Origin: Candidatus Campbellbacteria bacterium
GTDB taxonomy: Bacteria > Patescibacteriota > Minisyncoccia > Phycocordibacterales > UBA1006
Direction: 5' to 3'
Length of the DNA: 64,000 nt
NCBI GenBank assembly: GCA_002698305.1
Contig: NZWR01000004.1
Coordinates: 164,161 to 228,160, forward strand
Below, in pieces: positions 27,416 through 36,487 of the stretch. The notes under the pieces were generated by a model, which did no database searches, was not told where the DNA came from, and worked only from the letters and a program-made list of their open reading frames with translations. Every line of letters begins with the position of its first letter. The first letter of the stretch is position 1. A program made the position numbers and the translations under genes.

Positions 27416-28676
27416 TATATGACTGAAGAAATGTTTTTTCTTTTTTCGACGTATGTGGACCGATCATAGAAATATTCAGTTTCTCTTTTACAAAATATTT
27501 TTTTACTACTCGCTTGATATCTCGGGCGGTAATACCCCGAATCTTCTTAGCAATATTTTTTGGAGAATCAAGCTCTAAATCAAAGAGCATTCGCTTGCCA
27601 TAGAAATATGCAAGATCATCCGACGATTCAAGATTCATGTGAGTATTCCCAATAATAAATTCTTGTACACGGCGCAGTTCTTCTTCTGAAACTGATTCTT
27701 CCTGCAGTCTCGTTACTTCCTGAGCGATAGCTTCAAGCGTTTCTTCGACTCGTGTACTATCAATTCCACATGACACCTGGAAGACACCAACATCTTCATG
27801 AGCACTATAGTTACTACGAACGTAGTACCCAACACCCATATCTTCTCGTAGTTTCTCAAATAACCGTGACGACATACCCGAACCTAAAACCGCTGATGCC
27901 ATTCTAATCGCAAGCGCGTCTTTGTGATGAAATCCTACTGTCGGATAACCAAGCATAACATGCGTTTGGTCTGTTTTTCTGTAGTGAAGCTTTATGGCTG
28001 ACTTTTTTTGATTCAGTTTTACCTTTTGAGTTTTTGCTATCTTTTTATTTTTCGATGTCTCAAAAGTTTTTTTTATTTCTTGGACAACATCTTTGTGTGA
28101 CACATCTCCTGCCACAACCATAACAGTATTATTCGGTACATAGCGTTTATTATGATACTCAACAAAATCAGATTGTTTCATCTTCTTTATAACCTTTCGA
28201 GGGCCTAAAACTGACCACCCTAAAGGCTCATCAGCGAACACAAGACTATTAAACAAATCGTAAATGTGTCGCATAGGCATATCTTCGTACATACTAATTT
28301 CCCCTAAAATGACCCCCTTCTCTTTTTCCATCTCAACTTCTGGAAACGTTGGATTATGGTAAATATCAGAAACAGTTGTTAACGTTTTTTTCCAAAACTT
28401 TTTAGGAGACTTAACATAGTATCCTGTGTAGTCTTGGGATGTGAACGCATTTGTTTCTGCCCCAAGTCCGTCAAGCATACGCATCATTGATCTCCCATCG
28501 ATGTTCTTAGTACCTTTGAAACACATATGCTCTAAAAAATGTGAGATTCCATTAATATCTTGTTCTTCATTTCGAGAACCTGTTTTGATTAACGAGAGTA
28601 CCGTCGTTGAAAGACTTTGGTGCTGAATACTAACGATCGATAATCCGTTTTCTAATTGTGATGTTTTAATGTTCAT
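27399..28676 (-). CDS. M16 (pitrilysin/insulinase) family zinc peptidase
   Basis: The inverted zinc motif HFLEHMCFKGT is present, with two M16 domains. Start is probably ATG 28676 (MNIKTSQLENGLSIV). Confidence 0.88.
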   Translation of the reverse strand: MNIKTSQLENGLSIVSIQHQSLSTTVLSLIKTGSRNEEQDINGISHFLEHMCFKGTKNIDGRSMMRMLDGLGAETNAFTSQDYTGYYVKSPKKFWKKTLTTVSDIYHNPTFPEVEMEKEKGVILGEISMYEDMPMRHIYDLFNSLVFADEPLGWSVLGPRKVIKKMKQSDFVEYHNKRYVPNNTVMVVAGDVSHKDVVQEIKKTFETSKNKKIAKTQKVKLNQKKSAIKLHYRKTDQTHVMLGYPTVGFHHKDALAIRMASAVLGSGMSSRLFEKLREDMGVGYYVRSNYSAHEDVGVFQVSCGIDSTRVEETLEAIAQEVTRLQEESVSEEELRRVQEFIIGNTHMNLESSDDLAYFYGKRMLFDLELDSPKNIAKKIRGITARDIKRVVKKYFVKEKLNISMIGPHTSKKEKTFLQSYIKNLR

Positions 28677-29289
28677 GATTGTTTTGTTCTGCAAATGAAT
28701 AGTAGGCGACGATCAGCATGAGCGCAATTGATGCCGTCATTGTAATAACAGGATAAAAATCCTTTGGCATTGCCAAGGTGGCAATAATTGTTTCAAGAAC
28801 TTTGATTGGTTGTGTTACCAAATCCCAGCTATTAAATCGGATATATCTTCCTAAATAGACGCCGTATCCAGAAAGTAGTGCAATAACCGGAACAAACCAT
28901 GATGATAACGAATAGCGAATTTTTACCATATGAACAGATCCAATCCAGGCAACAATTCCAGAAATGGTATACATGAAAATCATAATGGCGTCATACCAAA
29001 TATCTTCTCGAGCACCAACCACGTCCAGGTGAATGAAATCTGTCACCAAATATGGCGCATTCGGTAGAAAAAATAACCACGATAGTAATAGGAGCCCATT
29101 AATCCAATTCGGAAAACGCATCTTATATACGACATACACCAAGAAAAACGGAATCCATGCCAAAAACAAATTCCAGTTCAACCACAAGTACGATCCCTGA
29201 TTAACACCAGCATATCTAATCAAACCCAACAGTATTGCCGCGATACCTGTCAGCACCATCGGCCGTATAAACTTCCTAACTATATTCAT
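28666..29289 (-). CDS. DUF1361-like integral membrane protein
   Basis: WLNWNLFLAWIPFF...FLPNAPYLVTDFIHL pattern. Its 3' end overlaps the M16 start by 11 nt. Confidence 0.55.
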   Translation of the reverse strand: MNIVRKFIRPMVLTGIAAILLGLIRYAGVNQGSYLWLNWNLFLAWIPFFLVYVVYKMRFPNWINGLLLLSWLFFLPNAPYLVTDFIHLDVVGAREDIWYDAIMIFMYTISGIVAWIGSVHMVKIRYSLSSWFVPVIALLSGYGVYLGRYIRFNSWDLVTQPIKVLETIIATLAMPKDFYPVITMTASIALMLIVAYYSFAEQNNHEH

Positions 29290-29369
29290 ATATTCATTGT
29301 ACCGAATATTTTTATTTCAGATAGGTTTATGTATTTATATAAATAGAAATCTCAAGGTATACTTTAATC

Positions 29370-30191
29370 ATGATAGGTAGTTCTCGAAAAAATCTTAAAG
29401 AAGAAATTATTGAATTATTATTAAAAAAACCTGCAAGTTCTAAAAATATTCGCACGCAGTTAAAACACAAAGACATCAATGTGACTGTTCAGGCTGTCTA
29501 TAAACAATTAAATACCCTTCTCGAATCAGAGGTCATTTTGAAAAATAAAAAAGAATATTTGATTAATAACGAATGGATCAAAAATATTTCAAAGATCATT
29601 GACATTCAGGATATTGAACTTCCCGAAGAAGGTGAAAAATTTACCTATAAGTTTAATTCATTGCAAAATTTGGATGCACATTGGAAACACATGACGGAAG
29701 CATTTAACAAAATATTAGGAAATGAACCTATGTTTTTGTATTCATATCACCAATTTTGGATATATACACCTACTCGCGAAGAAAGTGAGCGGAAATTTGC
29801 TGGAGAGTTTCTTAATAAAAAACAATACACTTTCTATGTTATTGGCGGAGTCACTGACTTGGATAAAAAATATAGAAATAGCTTCAAGGATTCATATTAC
29901 AAGGTAGAAAACTACAGCATCAAGTCTCTGAAAGAAAAAGAACATATTTTAGTTATTGGGCAATTTATTATTAACGTCCGTGTTCCCGATGATATCACCA
30001 AGGAAATTGATAGTATCTATAAAACAGATAAGGATATTTTAAACAAAGAACAACAACTTAAAGAACTATTAAGCGAGAATCATAAATCAATGTTTACCAT
30101 TGAAAATAATTTATTAAAAGCAAACAAAATTAAAAGAAAAATAGCCCAACCTTTCGCACTACCATTAGAAATAAAACAAAAAATCAAATAG
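29370..30191 (+). CDS. Hypothetical protein with a probable N-terminal winged-helix DNA-binding domain
   Basis: 273 aa. The first ~70 aa (EEIIELLLKKPASSKNIRTQL...VQAVYKQLNTLLESEVILK) look wHTH-like. I do not recognise the rest. The gene is AT-rich. Confidence 0.4.
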   Translation: MIGSSRKNLKEEIIELLLKKPASSKNIRTQLKHKDINVTVQAVYKQLNTLLESEVILKNKKEYLINNEWIKNISKIIDIQDIELPEEGEKFTYKFNSLQNLDAHWKHMTEAFNKILGNEPMFLYSYHQFWIYTPTREESERKFAGEFLNKKQYTFYVIGGVTDLDKKYRNSFKDSYYKVENYSIKSLKEKEHILVIGQFIINVRVPDDITKEIDSIYKTDKDILNKEQQLKELLSENHKSMFTIENNLLKANKIKRKIAQPFALPLEIKQKIK

Positions 30192-30211
30192 ATTATGTGT
30201 CTATTTGATTT
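30181..30211. terminator. Bidirectional hairpin at the convergent ends of the wHTH-like and LOG-like genes
   Basis: AAATCAAATAG-(9 nt)-CTATTTGATTT. Confidence 0.6.
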
Positions 30212-30804
30212 ATTTTTTTAATTATTTGATGAACAATTTGATCTACGCTATCTTGATTACCATATTTAATGAAAGATATCCAAGAGTACTGAGTGACCAT
30301 ATTTTTCGAAATATCAAGATTATCAAGACGTGATTGAAACAGATTACTCCATTTATTATCGGGACCTTCAATGCAGACAATAGTCTTTACGGGTTTACCC
30401 AATAATTCGTTGATGGTATTTTCATGAATTACAATATTTAATTCAAGCAAGGTTCCATCCCCACCTGACGGAGCCACAACAAATATGTCTGACTGCGTAA
30501 TAATTCTCAAGCGATCATAAATATCAATAGCAGGTTCAGTGAAAGTCGCTGTGGGTACTCGAGGCCACTTTTCATCAAATCGTATCTCGGGTACACCAAT
30601 ATTTAAATTGATATCAAGATTACACTCATCGATGGCTGATTGTGCTCCGTCAGACACCGCCTGCATAATCCCGCCAGCATATCCTCCATGCATACAAACG
30701 TTTCCATCAGTAACGAGTCTGTATGCTAGTTCTTTGATAATTTTGTAAGACATTTCATTTTCATGTACCGTTGATTTTCCAAATATACTGATTCGTTTTC
30801 TCAT
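30193..30804 (-). CDS. LOG/TIGR00730-like (SLOG superfamily) Rossmann-fold protein, a putative nucleotide 5'-monophosphate N-glycosidase
   Basis: 203 aa. HGGYAGGIMQAVSDGA matches the GGGxxGxMG-type motif, and VVAPSGGDGTLLEL matches the PGGxGTxxE motif of LOG-family phosphoribohydrolases. Confidence 0.55.
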   Translation of the reverse strand: MRKRISIFGKSTVHENEMSYKIIKELAYRLVTDGNVCMHGGYAGGIMQAVSDGAQSAIDECNLDINLNIGVPEIRFDEKWPRVPTATFTEPAIDIYDRLRIITQSDIFVVAPSGGDGTLLELNIVIHENTINELLGKPVKTIVCIEGPDNKWSNLFQSRLDNLDISKNMVTQYSWISFIKYGNQDSVDQIVHQIIKKINQIDT

Positions 30805-30841
30805 AGTGTTAATTTTTTAAGTTTGATTTATTATAATAATA

Positions 30842-30864
30842 TTGTATAAATTATATTTATACAA
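30842..30864. repeat. 23-nt palindrome TTGTATAAAT-tat-ATTTATACAA in the ThyA-like/LOG-like spacer
   Basis: Perfect 10-bp arms read directly from the sequence. Confidence 0.6.
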
Positions 30865-30888
30865 AAATAGTTTTCTTGTTGGGTATTT

Positions 30889-31713
30889 TTAAACAGAAAT
30901 TTTAAAAAACAGCTTTTCTCCAGTAGTGTAGTTATTTAGTTGAACGTCGGTATAATTAAAATTATTTAGATGTACCTTTTTGCTTAATAATAATTTCGGA
31001 TATTGCTGTACATCTCTTTTTAGTAACTTTTCTGCATTCTCTCTATGGTTTTGATATAACTCAGCTTGACCAAACATCCCTATAACCTCTCCAGCTTCAT
31101 AGTTAGTTTCATTACAAATAAGTTGTAATAATAATGCATGTTGAGCAAAATCATTAGGAAGGCCTAAACAAACATCAACACTGCGCTGGTAAAAAACCAT
31201 ATTTAATTTATTTCCATATTTAAGAATTTGAAACGCAAAAGGGCAAGGAGGAATAGCACAATGTTTAATATTTGTCGGATTCCACTGTGACACAACTAAT
31301 CTTTTGCTTTCTGGATTATTTTTTATTTCTTTAATCAAATTATTTAATTGATCAATACTCTTACTTTTATCAGATTTATTTTCATAATCTAACCCCCAAT
31401 TTCTCCATTCAAACCCATAGATAGGCCCTAGATCATTCTTATCATCTGATGTTGGTGAATTCCAATATTTCCAAAAATTACACCCTCTATCTTCAAGCCA
31501 TCTTTTATCAGTTAACCCCTTTAAATAAAAATCTGTTTCAACTGATACTGACCTAAATGGTAGTTTTCTTAATGTGGTTGCAGGGAAACCCAATGACATA
31601 TCGTGACGGATGGTTACACCTGGCACAGAAAATGCAGAAATATCTCGCGTCGGACGTAGAGCGCCTTTGAGACACATTTCTATTACTCTTTTGTATTCCT
31701 TGTCGAAACTCAT
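30889..31713 (-). CDS. Divergent thymidylate-synthase (ThyA) family enzyme, a putative (deoxy)cytidylate C5-(hydroxy)methylase
   Basis: It aligns by eye to the in-window ThyA at DLGPIYGFEWRNW, IDQLNNLI..IKNNP, LVVSQWNP, AIPPC (catalytic Cys157) and YQRSVDVCLGLP. It has Asp188 where ThyA has Asn, Pro after the Cys, and GQAELY in place of GDVHIY. Confidence 0.65.
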   Translation of the reverse strand: MSFDKEYKRVIEMCLKGALRPTRDISAFSVPGVTIRHDMSLGFPATTLRKLPFRSVSVETDFYLKGLTDKRWLEDRGCNFWKYWNSPTSDDKNDLGPIYGFEWRNWGLDYENKSDKSKSIDQLNNLIKEIKNNPESKRLVVSQWNPTNIKHCAIPPCPFAFQILKYGNKLNMVFYQRSVDVCLGLPNDFAQHALLLQLICNETNYEAGEVIGMFGQAELYQNHRENAEKLLKRDVQQYPKLLLSKKVHLNNFNYTDVQLNNYTTGEKLFFKISV

Positions 31714-32369
31714 ATTTTTTTCAAAATTAAGATTACTGCACTCGGCGTGATAGTTCCTGAATATTTTTTTATATCTTTATTTAAAATTTCTTCAAAATTA
31801 GTAATTTTAAACCCATTACTTATACATGCTCGTATCCATGTTGTTAACGAAATATGATGTTCTATAAAATCTTGTGATGCATCATCTTGTGAGGTATACA
31901 CGATCTTTTGTTCAGAAAAATAGTTGTTTGACGGATTTAGTGCAAGAGACCTAAAAGGATGAGTTACTTGCAAAAACGCATGCCCTCCTGATTTTATGAC
32001 TCTACTTATCTCTTTAATACTTTTATCTACATCTTTTTCAACCTGCAAAGCATATTTACTCCAAACAGTATCGAATGAATTATCCTGCCATTCTAATTCT
32101 TGAAATGAACCATGAACTATCTCGGCATTTGGATTATTTTCTCGTGCAATATCGACAAGGCTTCCGGTAATATCAATACCAGCAATTTTTTTAAAACCTA
32201 TGTGGTTGAAAAATTCAAGATCTAAACCAGATCCACAACCAACATCAAGAATAGAAGATTCATCTGGTTTGATGGATATTTCTTTTAATAAATAATCTCT
32301 CATTTTTAAACTGTTTTTATTTTCTGCTATATATTTTTTTTGAAATGCGTGAAAGCTTTTTTTGTACAT
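31710..32369 (-). CDS. Class I SAM-dependent methyltransferase
   Basis: Motif I is ILDVGCGSGLD, with post-I GIDIT and motif IV-like DTVWSKYAL. Its stop TGA overlaps the ATG of the ThyA-like gene (ATGA at 31710-31713). Confidence 0.8.
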   Translation of the reverse strand: MYKKSFHAFQKKYIAENKNSLKMRDYLLKEISIKPDESSILDVGCGSGLDLEFFNHIGFKKIAGIDITGSLVDIARENNPNAEIVHGSFQELEWQDNSFDTVWSKYALQVEKDVDKSIKEISRVIKSGGHAFLQVTHPFRSLALNPSNNYFSEQKIVYTSQDDASQDFIEHHISLTTWIRACISNGFKITNFEEILNKDIKKYSGTITPSAVILILKKI

Positions 32370-32479
32370 AATTTTGTTTAATTAACGATAGTATAGATAT
32401 ACAGGTAAATACTTGACGTATCAAAAAAATATTGTGATAACAATGTTTTTTAAACAAAAAGTTAAAATATTGACAAAAT

Positions 32480-32504
32480 AAAAACACCTTGCATTAGTGT
32501 TTTT
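32480..32504 (-). terminator. Putative terminator after glyQS
   Basis: AAAAACAC-(9 nt)-GTGTTTTT, an AT-rich stem. Confidence 0.4.
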
Positions 32505-32507
32505 ATT

Positions 32508-33899
32508 TTATCTAGTGAGTTTATTAGTGAAATAGTTATTCAATTCTATTATAGCTACCCGCTCTTGTTCTGCTGTATCACGATGTCGTACTGACACTGT
32601 TCCAAAGTCTGTATGACCTTCTTCCAAGGTGTCATAATCAATAACAACACAAAACGGTGTTCCAATCTCATCTTGACGACGATAGCGTTTTCCAACGTTT
32701 CCATTATCATCCCATGCCACATTTCCAAATTCTGCCTTTAACATTCCAAAGACATCATTCGCCTTTTTAACAATATGTTCTTTGTTTTTTACAAGCGGCG
32801 AAACAGCAATAGTATACGGAGCAACTGCTGGATTTAATTTAAGGTAACTGCGTGTATTTCCGTCAATTTCATCCTCAGTATATGCAGACACCAATATTGC
32901 AAGAATGGTCCGATCAAGACCTAGTGATGGTTCGATAACATGTGGAACAAAGGTTTCATTTTTGATAGGGTCGGTAAATTGAAGTTTAGTTTTTGATGCC
33001 CCTGCGTGTTTTTTCAAATCATAATCACCCCGGTACGCTAAGCCATACAATTCTTTTTGTCCAAACGGATAATCAAATTCAAAATCAATGGTTCGTTCTG
33101 AATAGTGAGCCCTGTCTTCTTCTCCAATTTCTACTTCATGGAGTTTGTTCATATCAAGACCAATCATCTCTGCCCACTCAAGCATTTCATCTTTCCAATA
33201 TTCAAACTGTGCCTTCCAATTATCTGGATGAATAAAATATTCAATTTCCATTTGCTCGAGCTCGCGCAATCGGAAAATAAAATTCCTCGGTGTAATTTCA
33301 TTACGGTATGCCTTCCCTATTTGAGCGACTCCGAACGGTAGTTTTGGATGCATTGAATCCATGATATTTTTGTAATTGATAAAAATCCCTTGGGCAGTTT
33401 CAGGACGCAAGTATGCGGTTGATGATGAATCGGATGATGAGCCTAGTTGAGTTTTAAGCATGAGGTTAAATTCACGTACACTACTTAACTGATTTCCTTC
33501 TGGAGAAACAATATTGTTATCTTTAATTGTCTGTGACATCTCTTCACTACTCATTCCTTCGGGGTCAACACCAGCTTCTTCTAGTAAATGATCAGCTCTA
33601 TAATCTTTACCTGTCGCTGTATCAGTTGTCAACGGGTCAACAAAGGTTCCTACATGCCCAGATGCTGTTAAAGCGTCCTCACCCATAACAATTGCTGAAT
33701 CTAAAAGATACGTATCTCTTCGTTCCTCTACAAATTTTTTAATAAATAAATTTTTAATATTATTTTTTAACAGTGATCCAAGGGGTCCATAATCATAGAT
33801 CCCTGAGAGCCCACCATATAATTCGCCGGCTTGAAAAATAAAACCACGAGTTTTACAAAGAGAGATAATTTTTTCCATTAATTGTTCATTATGTGTCAT
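32508..33899 (-). CDS. glyQS: Glycyl-tRNA synthetase (class II, alpha2 type)
   Basis: [34 protein letters not shown]-type motif 2 and GLDR motif 3, with a C-terminal anticodon-binding domain. Start at ATG 33899. Confidence 0.93.
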   Translation of the reverse strand: [463 protein letters not shown]

Positions 33900-33950
33900 A
33901 GCATTAGTGTACACAAAATAATTCAAAACAAAAAAGCACTCGGTGCTTTT

Positions 33951-35873
33951 TTATCGTACTAATCCTTTTGCTCCAACCTCATTGTTGTTATCGATGCGGT
34001 TACGCAATGGTGATTTCTTAAATCTAAGCTCACTTTCAGTAAATGCGTCTTCAGCGGTCATAATAATATCTGTAGTTAAGGCAAGAGTTTTTCCTATTTG
34101 ATCGGTTGACGGTGTTACGGCTACCTGGACATACAATTGCCTGGGTGGCGTAGTACCTACCCCAATACCACTCGAGAGTTCACCTATCTCCCAGATAATT
34201 TCGCGTGTCGCTGGGTTGTACTCCACATTTCGTGATTCTCCTGATGGTGATATACCATCAGACCATTCTACATATCGCGGCAAGGTCGTTATCATTCGAG
34301 CATCGGTAATATCATTAGACGAATTAGTTGCCTGGAAAAGAAGCGTGTAATCTGTCGTTTGATTTGCTACTGGAGGCATTGGCCCTGTGTTATCAAAAGG
34401 TCCTTCTTGGTGAAGTGTCTTTGGAATAATTGAGATATCAGAATTTCCAAGGACAGTATGTGAACTGACCGATGTGGCAGTTTCAACATCACCGCTTGGG
34501 AGCGTTCCTATAATATCTACATCAATGGTTAAGAGAGGATTATCTAATATTGCTTCTGCACTTACTAAATCTCGCGCTTGAATTTCTATGGTAAATTCTC
34601 CTGATTCCCCAGGCCTAATAACAGATAATCGCTCATGTGTTGAGCTATCAAAAATAATTTCTTGATCCGCTGAATTATAGAATGCTTGTCCTGAACGCAC
34701 AGCATTAGGGTCAAAGAGCTCACCATCGAAGCGGACAATAATTTGTGCATTGGTAACTGACCCAGGAAGTGTATTCATGTATTCAATATCAATTGGAATA
34801 TCACCGCCCCCTCGCACAGCACTTGTTAAGTCATAAGTTCGATTTACCTGCATTCGCGTTTCAATAAATGGTTTTTCAATTTCAACTGTGTGGCGGGTTG
34901 CATTAAAGACGGTTTCTATTTGATTTTTATTAAGGGCACTTTGCTGCCCATAGATAGCTCTGAATGTCCGTGCCTGCCCTTTCAGGGCATTTAATGTTCC
35001 TCGAACAGTAATTTGCTCGACTTGATCAGTCAAACTATCGATATACCATCTATTACCTGCAAAATCTGGCTCTGGGGTTGTCTCTATAACATTAAACCCC
35101 TCAGGGTAATCTATTGCCAAGGTGGTATTCCTGATTTGCTTATTTGAATTAGAAGAAACATCAACAGCAAACTCAAATTCTTGATTTTGGATAATTGAAT
35201 CAGGAGCTGTGATAGCAAGCTGCGTCGGTGTAGATCGAATAATTACGGTATGCTCTGCTTCTTTTTCAAAAATAGAGCTTGATCCTTCGATGCGGTATTC
35301 CAACTCTGCATTAATGGTTCGGGTAGAGCCTTCTTGTCCAAAGAATGATAAATCAAATATTTCAGTCACCCGTCCTTCGTTGGGAATATCATTAAGGGAA
35401 CGACGCATAAATACCATTTCTGAATCTTCAGTAGAGTCTTTTGGATATGACAACACTAAATCTGGTAATTGTAATGATTGCTCGTTAAAATTTTGAATAT
35501 TAACCCGAAGCTCAAGCTCTTCTCCTCCATCCACAAATGGTTGAGCAAGGATTTCCATCGCGATTTGGTCTTCACTTACAATACTGTCTGCTTCATATAA
35601 AGAAACAGCCGCAATTCCAACTGCAATAACAAAGAAAAAACTAACCGCAATAAAGAATTTTTTAAATAATGATGTTGGGAGTTTAAACTTAGGTCGCGCG
35701 TTGATTAACTCTTCATATTCTTCATCTTGAAATTCATGCTCAAGCTCAATATCAGGGCTATGCATTGGGCGTCTGAGTTTTTGCTCATGATCTACCGTTG
35801 GGTCATACAAAGAATTATCGAGCTCCTCGATACGTGAACGTTTTTGTTTGTTTGGTGGAGTAATATCATCCAT
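33951..35873 (-). CDS. Large hypothetical membrane-anchored surface protein
   Basis: A charged N-terminus is followed by one TM helix (FFIAVSFFFVIAVGIAAVSLY) and about 540 aa that look beta-rich and extracytoplasmic. ATG 35873 or TTG 35906 could be the start. Confidence 0.55.
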   Translation of the reverse strand: MDDITPPNKQKRSRIEELDNSLYDPTVDHEQKLRRPMHSPDIELEHEFQDEEYEELINARPKFKLPTSLFKKFFIAVSFFFVIAVGIAAVSLYEADSIVSEDQIAMEILAQPFVDGGEELELRVNIQNFNEQSLQLPDLVLSYPKDSTEDSEMVFMRRSLNDIPNEGRVTEIFDLSFFGQEGSTRTINAELEYRIEGSSSIFEKEAEHTVIIRSTPTQLAITAPDSIIQNQEFEFAVDVSSNSNKQIRNTTLAIDYPEGFNVIETTPEPDFAGNRWYIDSLTDQVEQITVRGTLNALKGQARTFRAIYGQQSALNKNQIETVFNATRHTVEIEKPFIETRMQVNRTYDLTSAVRGGGDIPIDIEYMNTLPGSVTNAQIIVRFDGELFDPNAVRSGQAFYNSADQEIIFDSSTHERLSVIRPGESGEFTIEIQARDLVSAEAILDNPLLTIDVDIIGTLPSGDVETATSVSSHTVLGNSDISIIPKTLHQEGPFDNTGPMPPVANQTTDYTLLFQATNSSNDITDARMITTLPRYVEWSDGISPSGESRNVEYNPATREIIWEIGELSSGIGVGTTPPRQLYVQVAVTPSTDQIGKTLALTTDIIMTAEDAFTESELRFKKSPLRNRIDNNNEVGAKGLVR

Positions 35874-35908
35874 AGTAACAGTATACCGCAGGTCGCGGCG
35901 TTCCAAAA

Positions 35909-36487
35909 CTAAAGCTGAGAAATCGAAAGACCGTGATTAATATGTTTAATAATTTTCGTTTTATTTTTTCGTACCTCAGCTATATAGGTATCGTCAAACG
36001 TGAGTGAATCTTTGATAAACATATAATTATCATTCCAGTAACCGAGGTGATACAACAATCGAGCCATCATAATAATTTCATATACTGGTGCTGCCTTAAC
36101 TTTTTTATCTTCTTGAATAGCAGTAAAAAGCTGCTCTACGTCGTCCCATACTTCGGCGTGTGATTCTTCACCTGCAAGCAGTCGCATCATCGTTTCTCCA
36201 TAGCGTACCATCAATGGATACCAGCCTGATTCAACATAAAAAAATGAAGAGACCAGTGGATGTATCCCAGTAAGTCGCCACATCCCCCTTCCTTGCACAA
36301 CATCAATCATAACCAATGAGTTATTATGAATATGCATACGCATTTTTGATGATTGCTTGCGAGTAGATTGACTGGAAACATAGATCAAACCAAAGCGCTC
36401 TGAAAAACAAACAAGAATTTCATTTGCTTCCTTGCGGGTAATTGTCTGAAGAATATATGCTTTTGTTTGATACACAGCGTGCGCCAT
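35909..36487 (-). CDS. recO: RecO-like DNA repair protein (tentative)
   Basis: KAYILQTITRKEANEILVCFSERFGLIYVSSQSTRKQSSK resembles the RecO N-terminal OB-fold pattern, and C-terminal ARLLYHLGYW resembles the RecO helical domain. Start at ATG 36487. Confidence 0.45.
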   Translation of the reverse strand: MAHAVYQTKAYILQTITRKEANEILVCFSERFGLIYVSSQSTRKQSSKMRMHIHNNSLVMIDVVQGRGMWRLTGIHPLVSSFFYVESGWYPLMVRYGETMMRLLAGEESHAEVWDDVEQLFTAIQEDKKVKAAPVYEIIMMARLLYHLGYWNDNYMFIKDSLTFDDTYIAEVRKNKTKIIKHINHGLSISQL

